Counted from the stretch's first letter, positions 1 through 6,963 are shown. The stretch is 12,727 nucleotides of DNA from a bacterium (GCA_031385045.1 JANNBC010000032.1:1-12727), one strand, 5' to 3'. Program-made: numbers and translations. Notes: generated from the sequence alone by a model not told the origin.

Positions 1-113
1 AATTCAGGCAGTGTTCTAAACGAACCACTCTATGAAAGAAACCCTTAAGCATCTTTACATTATAGAGCAGAATAACCTTATCTTAAGAATTTGAGATCTC
101 CAAGTAAAATCTG

Positions 114-143
114 CTATTTTTTGGGGCATGCCCCAAAAAATAG
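114..143. terminator. Perfect 30-bp palindrome; bidirectional intrinsic terminator and/or DGR target-recognition hairpin
   Basis: CTATTTTTTGGGGCATGCCCCAAAAAATAG is its own reverse complement. It has a GC-rich core with T6/A6 arms and lies 58 nt past the stop codon of the 202-999 gene. Confidence 0.7.
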
Positions 144-146
144 AAA

Positions 147-201
147 CCAAGAACCAAAATTCAATTTTCCAAGTTAGATCAAAGTTCCAAGTACCAAGTA
201 C
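147..201 (-). repeat. Short CTTGG-core repeats immediately after the stop codon of the left putative DGR target (IMH-like region)
   Basis: Minus strand reads TAG-GTACTTGGTACTTGGAACTTTGATCTAACTTGGAAAATTGAATTTTGGTTCTTGG. Exact CTTGG copies lie at 147-151, 169-173, 187-191 and 194-198, plus variants. Confidence 0.6.
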
Positions 202-336
202 CTATTTAGAAATCCGAGAAACGCCAAGCCCGACAATGTCATTACAATTGTCAGGCGCGTAATCGTTCGCGTAAGCCTTGTCATCGTAGTCGTCGCCAAC
301 CACCAAGCGCGGGGACGAGCCACGTGCCCAAGGACC
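202..336 (-). repeat. Putative DGR variable repeat VR-A
   Basis: Aligns to 2718-2849. The last 33 nt match at 32/33, the variable core is 235-294, and the invariant codons are nearly A-free on the coding strand. Confidence 0.75.
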
Positions 337-999
337 TTTAAAGTACGAGTCTTCTCTACCAGACTCAAGTCTCTTTAATGCTACAGCCATGTACTGCTCA
401 GCAGGATTACCCGCTTCAAAATCTTCTGGGATTTTTGCAATGGCAGCATCTCTAGAAATTCCAGTAGTATCTGGTAATACTTCTCTTAACATCAGGACGA
501 AGCGATCCCCTGCTCGACTACTTCCGATTTGTTGTGAATACGAATCAAGATAGGCAACATTAGCAAGCTTTTGCTCAGTTGCTTCAGCATTTACTTTGCC
601 ACCAAACTCATGTGCTGAATAATCTCCTGGAATTGGAACTATTGCAACTAATTTGCGTAACTCTTCAGAAAGATTCTCCACAAACCTAACGTCAGACTCA
701 CTTAATGGGACAGCAGGATTAAAAGGACGACCAATTACTTGCTCACACACTTTAGCATCAATTACATCTGCTCCTAAGGATTTTAGTTGAGTGATTACAG
801 ATACACTTATATCAGGAGTTACAGTTGTAACTTCCTCTTTAACAACACTAGGAACTGGAACTAAGGCGGCGAGACCAAGAACGATTTGCTTTACTTCCTC
901 AGGCGGACGACTAAAAAGTGCATTTATTGTTGCTATTGCATTTTCACCTTGCAATTCCATAGCTAATTTTGCGGATGAAATCTGTTCTGCTGCTCCCAT
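202..999 (-). CDS. Putative DGR target protein A (C-terminal variable region, probable C-type lectin-like fold); paralog of 2718-3506
   Basis: The ORF track starts at TTG 1011, but ATG at 999 (MGAAEQI) aligns with the paralog start MGAAQEI. The C-terminus WARGSSPRLVVGDDYDDKAYANDYAPDNCNDIVGLGVSRISK has the Asn/Asp/Tyr-rich, NNY-codon pattern of DGR variable regions ending in a G-x-x-x-x-R motif. No signal peptide is apparent. Confidence 0.75.
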   Translation of the reverse strand: MGAAEQISSAKLAMELQGENAIATINALFSRPPEEVKQIVLGLAALVPVPSVVKEEVTTVTPDISVSVITQLKSLGADVIDAKVCEQVIGRPFNPAVPLSESDVRFVENLSEELRKLVAIVPIPGDYSAHEFGGKVNAEATEQKLANVAYLDSYSQQIGSSRAGDRFVLMLREVLPDTTGISRDAAIAKIPEDFEAGNPAEQYMAVALKRLESGREDSYFKGPWARGSSPRLVVGDDYDDKAYANDYAPDNCNDIVGLGVSRISK

Positions 1000-1021
1000 A
1001 CCAACTCTCAAAATTAAAAAA

Positions 1022-1058
1022 ATCTTGAGTAAGATAACAGATTCTAAGTATTACTCAA
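1022..1058. promoter_or_regulatory. Inverted repeat (ATC)TTGAGTAA-N18-TTACTCAA upstream of paralog A
   Basis: TTGAGTAA at 1025-1032 and TTACTCAA at 1051-1058. The same motif with the same spacing is upstream of paralog B. Confidence 0.5.
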
Positions 1059-1074
1059 CTGTGATGAACAAAAC

Positions 1075-1102
1075 TTGACTTTATGAATCTCAGGTTTATC
1101 TT
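1075..1102 (+). promoter_or_regulatory. Candidate sigma70 promoter of hipBA
   Basis: TTGACT (1075-1080), 16-nt spacer, TATCTT (1097-1102). The -10 box overlaps the first operator palindrome. Confidence 0.4.
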
Positions 1103-1213
1103 CCCGCTCAGGAAGATTCATCTTCCCTTCTGGGTTGGTATATGGAATAATTACCGTACGGGAATAAAATCCTTTTTTCTAACAAAGAAAGGCTTAATCT
1201 TCCCGATCGGGAA
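1101..1213. promoter_or_regulatory. Array of HipB operator palindromes, consensus TTCCCGNNCGGGAA
   Basis: TTCCCGCTCAGGAA (1101-1114), TTACCGTACGGGAA (1151-1164) and perfect TTCCCGATCGGGAA (1200-1213) are about 50 bp apart, with a degenerate copy at 1123-1136. Multiple palindromic operators are typical of hipBA autoregulation. Confidence 0.75.
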
Positions 1214-1234
1214 TTTGTGATTTAAAATCTAAAA

Positions 1235-1438
1235 ATGAAAGTAAAAGACATTGGACAGTTAATCTCAAAGCGACGAGAAGATCTAAAGTTAAGTCAGGTA
1301 GACTTATCAATTACTTCTGGAACTGGCATACGTTTCATTGGAGATTTAGAACGCGGAAAAGAAACATGTCAAATCGGTAAAGTATTAAAAGTTTTAGCTA
1401 CACTTGGAATTAAATTTGAACTTAATTCTCAAGATTAA
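1235..1438 (+). CDS. hipB: HipB-like XRE-family helix-turn-helix antitoxin
   Basis: 67 aa with XRE HTH motif RREDLKLSQVDLS...GTGIRFIGDLERGKETCQIGKVLKVLATLGI, located 8 nt upstream of hipA. Confidence 0.9.
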   Translation: MKVKDIGQLISKRREDLKLSQVDLSITSGTGIRFIGDLERGKETCQIGKVLKVLATLGIKFELNSQD

Positions 1439-1446
1439 AATTAATT

Positions 1447-2685
1447 ATGTTACGAAAGCTATTCGTTTTTTTTGAAGACAAAAAAGTTGGAACCTTAGAA
1501 CAAGATCGTCATGGAGCACTTTCATTCCAGTATGAAGACTCTTGGATTAGTAATCCAAAAAGTATCCCTCTCTCCATTTCCTTACCGTTAAGATCGGAGC
1601 GTTTTAAAAAAAATGATTGTCGACATTTCTTTGCAGGGCTACTACCAGAAGAAACAAATCGGGAACTACTTGCTAAGCAACTTGGCATTAGTAATCAGAA
1701 TGATTTTGCCTTGCTAGAAAAGATTGGATTAGAGTGCGCCGGTGCGCTCAGTTTTCGAGAATCAGAAGTTGTACCACTTTATCAAACAAACCAATATGAA
1801 CTTTTGACAGAGAAGCAGCTCCACGAAAAGATTCTGTCATTACCTAAAAACCCATTACTTACTGCCGATCCGCGCATTCGCCTATCTCTAGCGGGAGCAC
1901 AAAATAAAATGGTGGTTAAGATTGAACAGAATCAAGTCTATCTAACAATAAATGGTGCCCCAAGTACACATATTATAAAACCCCAAAGCCAATTTTTTCC
2001 AAACATTGTTGAGAATGAATTTTTTTGTATGCAATTAGCATTAAAAGTTGGACTAGATGTTGCAGAAACTAAAATTCGCCAGATTCAAGAGCTAATGACC
2101 TTACAGATTACCAGATTCGATCGTGAGCACCTGAGTCAAAACATCAAACGACTACATCAGGAAGACTTTTGCCAAGCTTTAGGATTCCCACCAGAAAGAA
2201 AATATCAAAAGGAAGGTGGTCCAAAGTTTAGTCAGTGCTTTGAATTAATTCGTAACCACTCCTCGGTACCTGCGGTTGATCTATTGAAACTATTAGATGC
2301 TTCCATCTTCAACTATTTAATTGGCAATAACGATGCTCATGCTAAAAACTTTTCACTAATCTATAAAGCAAAACAAACAAGACTTGCGCCCCTCTACGAC
2401 TTAGTTTGCACAACAGCCTATCCGGAACTAACAGAAGAAATGGCTATGAAAATTGGAGCTGCAATTAAACATTACCAAGTAATAATCACTGATTGGAGGG
2501 AATATCTAGAGGATATTCAGTTAAATAAAACCACTACAATAAAAAGAATTATTGAATTTACAAACAAAGTACGTGCAACGACGGAAGAGATAGCTAAGAA
2601 ACAGCAAGGAATTACTGTAAAAATTTCCCAAATTATCCTTAGTAATTGTGAAAAACTAATTGAAGTCTTGAGTAAACATAAATGA
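1447..2685 (+). CDS. hipA: HipA family serine/threonine kinase toxin
   Basis: N-terminal coupling domain (VGTLEQ, SFQY, PLSISLP, FFAGLLPE) and kinase motifs SLAGAQNK, HIIKP, ENEFFCMQLA, RFDR, HQEDFCQALG, GNNDAHAKNFS, LAPLYD. Confidence 0.96.
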   Translation: MLRKLFVFFEDKKVGTLEQDRHGALSFQYEDSWISNPKSIPLSISLPLRSERFKKNDCRHFFAGLLPEETNRELLAKQLGISNQNDFALLEKIGLECAGALSFRESEVVPLYQTNQYELLTEKQLHEKILSLPKNPLLTADPRIRLSLAGAQNKMVVKIEQNQVYLTINGAPSTHIIKPQSQFFPNIVENEFFCMQLALKVGLDVAETKIRQIQELMTLQITRFDREHLSQNIKRLHQEDFCQALGFPPERKYQKEGGPKFSQCFELIRNHSSVPAVDLLKLLDASIFNYLIGNNDAHAKNFSLIYKAKQTRLAPLYDLVCTTAYPELTEEMAMKIGAAIKHYQVIITDWREYLEDIQLNKTTTIKRIIEFTNKVRATTEEIAKKQQGITVKISQIILSNCEKLIEVLSKHK

Positions 2686-2717
2686 AATGACCTCAACAAA
2701 AAATAACAACCAAGAAC

Positions 2718-2849
2718 CTATTTAGAAATCCGGGAAACGCCAAGCCCGACACCACCAATATAATAAGAAGGGTACTTGTCCGCGCAAGCCCTATCAAGGC
2801 AGTCGGCGCCAACCACCATCCCCGGGGATGAGCCACGTGCCCAAGGACC
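2718..2849 (-). repeat. Putative DGR variable repeat VR-B
   Basis: Aligns to 202-336. The variable core is 2751-2807, one codon shorter than VR-A. Confidence 0.7.
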
Positions 2850-3506
2850 TTTGAAATATGTATCCTGATTATTTGTTAAAAATCTCTTTTGAACTATCGC
2901 AATGAACTGCTCAGCAGGATTCCCAGGTTCAAAACCATATGGAATATTTTTAATTGCAGAATCTCTAATACCACTAGACTCTGGCACAACTTCCCTTAGC
3001 ATCAGAACCCAACGATCTTCCTCACGACTACTGCCGATATCCTTAGAATATGAATTAAGATAAGCAACATCTCTGATATGTTTCCTGCCTGCCTTAACGT
3101 TTGCGAGCTTACCAAACTTATTTGCGGAGTAATCACCAGGAATTGGGACAATTGCTACTAATTTGCGTAATACTTCAGGAAGGTTTTCTACAAACTTAAT
3201 GTCATTTTTACTTATTGGAGTTTTTGGATTAAAAGGGCGACCTGTTATTTGCTCGCACACGCTGGCATCAATTACATCTGCTCCTAAAGATTTTAGACGA
3301 GTGACTATATCTGGGGTTATCTTAGGACTTGCAGCTTGGGACTTTTTTTCTACTTCACTTACAGGAACTAAGGCGGCGAGACCATGGATGACTTTTTTTA
3401 CTACATCTTTTGGACGTTGCAGAAGAGATTCTAATGCTCCTTCCGCGTTTGGACCTCGTAGATTCTTAACTAATCCTGCTGGCAAAATTTCTTGTGCTGC
3501 TCCCAT
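2718..3506 (-). CDS. Putative DGR target protein B; paralog of 202-999
   Basis: Colinear with protein A over the full length (e.g. LKSLGADVIDA, LRKLVAIVPIPGDYSA, GNPAEQ, YFKGPWARGSSP, VGLGVSRISK). The variable C-terminal segment is ADCLDRACADKYPSYYIGG. Confidence 0.75.
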   Translation of the reverse strand: MGAAQEILPAGLVKNLRGPNAEGALESLLQRPKDVVKKVIHGLAALVPVSEVEKKSQAASPKITPDIVTRLKSLGADVIDASVCEQITGRPFNPKTPISKNDIKFVENLPEVLRKLVAIVPIPGDYSANKFGKLANVKAGRKHIRDVAYLNSYSKDIGSSREEDRWVLMLREVVPESSGIRDSAIKNIPYGFEPGNPAEQFIAIVQKRFLTNNQDTYFKGPWARGSSPGMVVGADCLDRACADKYPSYYIGGVGLGVSRISK

Positions 3507-3528
3507 ACCCTACTCTCAAAATTAAAAA

Positions 3529-3568
3529 ATCTTAAGTAAAATAACACACTTCAAACCTTACTCAAGAT
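3529..3568. promoter_or_regulatory. Inverted repeat ATCTTAAGTAA-N18-TTACTCAAGAT upstream of paralog B
   Basis: 11-bp arms with one mismatch (3529-3539 and 3558-3568), homologous to 1022-1058. Confidence 0.5.
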
Positions 3569-3669
3569 ATCGTTAAAAGCCGTTATTTTTGCCTGAGACT
3601 GCGCCTGCGTAAGAAATGAAGTATGGACACCAGAATTTTCCTCGGGGCTATAAATAATGAGAAGATTAC

Positions 3670-3731
3670 GTCCGCCTACGCTTCCACCTACGCTAAAACT
3701 TCGGCGGACAAGAACGCTCTGGCGTGACAAG
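3670..3731. repeat. Self-nested REP-like palindromic element, copy 1
   Basis: Reads TCCGCCTACGCT[TCCACCTACGCTAAAACTTCGGCGGACAAG]AACGCTCTGGCGTGACAAG, a hairpin unit inserted into the loop of a second copy. GC-rich and just downstream of ftsA. Confidence 0.7.
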
Positions 3732-3755
3732 ATCATTTCTAGACTTCTTTGAAGT

Positions 3756-4997
3756 CTAGAAATGATCTTGAAACCAATTTGTGATTCGATGATAAGACCT
3801 TGATATTACGTTCTGATTAGAGACATAAACAGACTTTGGCTCACGGACATAATTCTGAATTAACCCAACTACATTGGCAAATTCTGGATTATCAACAAAG
3901 TCAGCTAAGCCATTAATATTCAAAGGTCTTCCAACTCTTACTGGCATATTGAAAATATCTTCTGCTAAAGTTGTGATTGCTTTTAGATTTGCAGTACCCC
4001 CTGTTAAAACAATACCACCTGTTAAGAAATGCTTCAGGTTAGATTTTTCAATCTCTTCTAATAAACACTCAAAAATCTCAGTCACTCTTAGTTTAATTAT
4101 TCCAGAGATTTCTCCCAAGCTAACAATCTTACTGACTTGATTACTAATCGATTTAACCTCAACTCGTTTTTCTCCAATAATTGCTTGTGGGGTTGCAAAA
4201 CCGTGCTCGCATTTTAATTTTTCAGCATTAAGCACCCCAGTTCTTAAACCAGAAGCTAAATCACGAGTAATCAATCCCCCACCAAGTGGCAGGACTTTAG
4301 AATAACGAAGCTCACCATTACTATAGATAACCATATCCGAAGTCCCTGCTCCGATATCAATCACACAAACACCTTGTGCCCGCTCCTCAGGAGAAGTTAC
4401 TGCTTGAGCAGAAGCAATCCCATTAAAAGTTAAGTCCTTCGCTCTAAATCCACAACGATTCATACACTTCAAACTATTTTGGATTGCGTTGCGTGATGCC
4501 GTAACAATATGAACTGAGCTTTCTAAACGCACAGCAGAAATCCCCAATGGATCTTGAATCCCAGATTGACCATCAACAGTATAACTTTGTGGCAAGACAT
4601 GAATTATCTCACGATCATGCGGAACGGCGATAGCCTTAGCAGCTTCTAACACAGCATTAGTATCTGAACTACTAACCTCATTATACTTAACCTTCACAAC
4701 CCCATTACTAGAAAAACCTTCAAGGTGAGCGCCGCTAATTCCTAAAATTATCTGAGAAAGATTAGTTAACGCCAGGGCTTCTGCTTGGCGAATAACTTCT
4801 CGAATGTTCTCCACAGTGTAATCGATATTTATCACGACACCCTTTCGAATCCCTTTACTTTCTGTTTGACCAACTGAGGAAATATAAAATTTATCCCCCT
4901 GTTCATTAGCAGACAAATCAATCACGACAGCTTTAATTGAACTTGTACCAAGGTCGAGAGCGGCGATAATGTTTTTGGAATTACTACTATTAGACAT
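3756..4997 (-). CDS. ftsA: Cell division protein FtsA
   Basis: Actin-like motifs ALDLGTSSIKAVV, SKGIRKGVVINID, IIHVLPQSYTVDGQ, RLESSVHIVT, VIDIGAGTSD, AEKLK, GIVLTGG, PVRVGRP and C-terminal amphipathic ITNWFQDHF. Confidence 0.96.
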   Translation of the reverse strand: MSNSSNSKNIIAALDLGTSSIKAVVIDLSANEQGDKFYISSVGQTESKGIRKGVVINIDYTVENIREVIRQAEALALTNLSQIILGISGAHLEGFSSNGVVKVKYNEVSSSDTNAVLEAAKAIAVPHDREIIHVLPQSYTVDGQSGIQDPLGISAVRLESSVHIVTASRNAIQNSLKCMNRCGFRAKDLTFNGIASAQAVTSPEERAQGVCVIDIGAGTSDMVIYSNGELRYSKVLPLGGGLITRDLASGLRTGVLNAEKLKCEHGFATPQAIIGEKRVEVKSISNQVSKIVSLGEISGIIKLRVTEIFECLLEEIEKSNLKHFLTGGIVLTGGTANLKAITTLAEDIFNMPVRVGRPLNINGLADFVDNPEFANVVGLIQNYVREPKSVYVSNQNVISRSYHRITNWFQDHF

Positions 4998-5005
4998 AGC
5001 AAATT

Positions 5006-5032
5006 ATTGTAACAGAGTTTGATTTTTGACAA
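5006..5032 (-). promoter_or_regulatory. Candidate ftsA promoter with extended -10
   Basis: Minus strand TTGTCA-N15-TACAAT with TG extension (TGTTACAAT, 5006-5014), ending 8 nt before the ATG. Confidence 0.4.
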
Positions 5033-5053
5033 GAGCAAATCGTTAGAAAACTA

Positions 5054-5848
5054 CTAACTTTTTACTGCCACTGGCGTAGCAACCACTTTTAACACCGGAT
5101 GCTTAGGTCGAAGATCTAAGCTCCAAGCCGAAGCTTCCGGAACCTTTTGAGAGTGAAAGAAACTTTTTAGATTCTGAATGTCAGCATTAAACTTATCTGG
5201 ACTAAGGTCAGCATTAGAAAAGAAGATTTCTCCAGTATTATCCTTAAGTAATAGCTTTAGTTCATTACTAGTCTGTAATTGCAGACTAACCGGTTGAATC
5301 CCCTGACTGACTAACTGGTCATTAAGCGCAACTAAATATCGTAAACGAGTCCCTAAAAACTCAATATTTTTACCAGAGAACAACAAGTCCTCTAAACGTG
5401 GCAACTGAGAAAAATACTCCTCGGCCTTAAGTTGGTTAATTGGCAAAAGAAAATCTCCTCCCCGTGTTACCAACCACCAATTATTATTTGCCACCTTATA
5501 TAAATAATCTGGTCGATATTCGACAATCTTAACTTGATAACAATCAACAGACCACTGCGTACAAGACGTGACCTCTGCTTTTTCAATTAACGGCTCTCGC
5601 TCTAATGCTTGCTCAATCTGATTTGGCATCAAATACCAACTGAGGTTAGTTGCTATAGGAATACGAGCTAAAAGTTGCTCCTCAGAAACTAGATGATTAC
5701 CCTCAAAGTTGATTGTCCGACGAGAGAATTCTTGTGGGAGATATTCGTTGGCAAGCGGAGTTAGCCGATAGGTCTGAACTATCGCTAGGGATACGACCAA
5801 AAATGCCAGAAAAAAGATCCAAAACCTCATACCTATATGAAATAACAT
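5054..5848 (-). CDS. ftsQ: FtsQ/DivIB-like cell division protein (divergent)
   Basis: Single N-terminal transmembrane segment, POTRA-like region (INFEGNHLVSEEQL...IEQALEREPLIEKAEV...VKIVEYRP), C-terminal LDLR motif, and position directly upstream of ftsA. The start may be the ATG at 5830. Confidence 0.8.
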   Translation of the reverse strand: MLFHIGMRFWIFFLAFLVVSLAIVQTYRLTPLANEYLPQEFSRRTINFEGNHLVSEEQLLARIPIATNLSWYLMPNQIEQALEREPLIEKAEVTSCTQWSVDCYQVKIVEYRPDYLYKVANNNWWLVTRGGDFLLPINQLKAEEYFSQLPRLEDLLFSGKNIEFLGTRLRYLVALNDQLVSQGIQPVSLQLQTSNELKLLLKDNTGEIFFSNADLSPDKFNADIQNLKSFFHSQKVPEASAWSLDLRPKHPVLKVVATPVAVKS

Positions 5849-5942
5849 GCTTTTTGAAATACAACCAGATGCGATCTTGACCTTTTGGCATTAGTGACTA
5901 ATTCAAAAGTCAGTCTGGTTAGTTTAAAATGAATATAGTATT

Positions 5943-6161
5943 ATGCATGCTATGATTAGATTAATTATTGTCCTTACCTTAGTAACTCTTTGCTCTTGTA
6001 AAAATACGACTGATAGCAAAGCTACACAAAGCGCCCCACATGGTAATCCTGCCCTAAAAGACTATGTTAAAATTCCCTTAGATCGCGCTAAACTTGCTGG
6101 TAAAATTAATGACAAGCACAATCAAAAAGTTGCTGATCAAATTAAAGAGCTAGATCAGTAA
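5943..6161 (+). CDS. Small predicted lipoprotein
   Basis: Signal peptide MIRLIIVLTLVTLCSC with a lipobox-like LCS-C. The start is possibly 5952. Confidence 0.65.
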   Translation: MHAMIRLIIVLTLVTLCSCKNTTDSKATQSAPHGNPALKDYVKIPLDRAKLAGKINDKHNQKVADQIKELDQ

Positions 6162-6282
6162 ATTTAGCTGTCAAGGAATTTATCACCACCTAGAACAAGA
6201 ATTCAGAATTACTTTTAGTCAATACCTATCAATCGCTTAACATCTGGCATTTTGGCCTGGCACTTTATTTTTATAAATAGCC

Positions 6283-6882
6283 ATGTCAATCAGAACTCCA
6301 GAGGGCAATCAAGAATCGGCGCGCGAACTCTTTGAAAGATACCACCGCCTAATTCCCTTTTTAGTCGGTCGCATGACATATCGCTCTAGCCTAGTATCTA
6401 ACATTGATCAGGAAGATATTATCTCTAAAACATACTTAATGCTTTGGGAGATTTGTCTAAAACAAAGCAAGGTTCAAGCTAATGCTTTTAAAGCCTATGT
6501 TTACATTAGAATTAAGGGCACAATTATTGATGAACTAAGAAAGAAAAAGAAAATTTATGACCGAGCAATTTTTTATGCTGATTACCTTAGTAATATCCTA
6601 GAAGAAAATGGCTATAACGCTCACAATGCTCCCGATCTAACAAATATAATTGAACAGACAGAATTACAAGAACTCCTCCGAGAGGCCCTAGAGAAACTAA
6701 ACCCGAAAGAGCAAACTGTAATAACTGAATTTTATTTGCAAGAAAAAAAGTTTTGCCAGATAGCGAATGAAAATCAAGGACTCAGCAAATCTTGGGTCTC
6801 AAAAATCCATCGCCAAGCACTTAAAAAACTAAAGAATCTCATCTCCAGTGCTGAAAGCCAGCTAGTCGCAACCCAGAAGTGA
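6283..6882 (+). CDS. RNA polymerase sigma-70 family factor, FliA/WhiG-like, short
   Basis: Region 2 (FKAYVYIRIKGTIIDELRK) and region 4 HTH (LNPKEQTVITEFY...GLSKSWVSKIHRQALKKLK). Confidence 0.85.
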   Translation: MSIRTPEGNQESARELFERYHRLIPFLVGRMTYRSSLVSNIDQEDIISKTYLMLWEICLKQSKVQANAFKAYVYIRIKGTIIDELRKKKKIYDRAIFYADYLSNILEENGYNAHNAPDLTNIIEQTELQELLREALEKLNPKEQTVITEFYLQEKKFCQIANENQGLSKSWVSKIHRQALKKLKNLISSAESQLVATQK

Positions 6883-6963
6883 CTTATCTGCATATTTTTG
6901 CTACTTTTTGGCAGATTGCGGTACAATCTATGTGCCGATTTTTTTGCAATTTACTCTAAATCC

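Noticed and set aside
1..110. Possible gene end or third paralog at the left edge
   Set aside because: Only very short open frames and no match to the paralog 5' region; cannot be called.
147..201. Short repeats as a possible CRISPR array
   Set aside because: Units are 5-7 nt with no 25-40 nt repeat/spacer periodicity, and there are no cas genes.
174..368. 64-aa minus-strand ORF rich in Thr
   Set aside because: Alternate frame of the gene A variable region; the Thr runs arise from shifted NAC/GAC codons.
791..1078. 95-aa plus-strand ORF and its counterpart at 3163-3525
   Set aside because: Antisense shadows of the two paralogs; their mutual similarity only reflects the duplication.
2666..2675. 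TCTTGAGTAA half-site inside the hipA 3' end, matching the paralog upstream motif
   Set aside because: No partner arm 18 nt away and it lies in coding sequence; plausibly chance in AT-rich DNA.
3551..3736. 61-aa minus-strand ORF between ftsA and paralog B
   Set aside because: Runs through the nested palindromic repeat and the upstream inverted repeat; no recognisable protein features.
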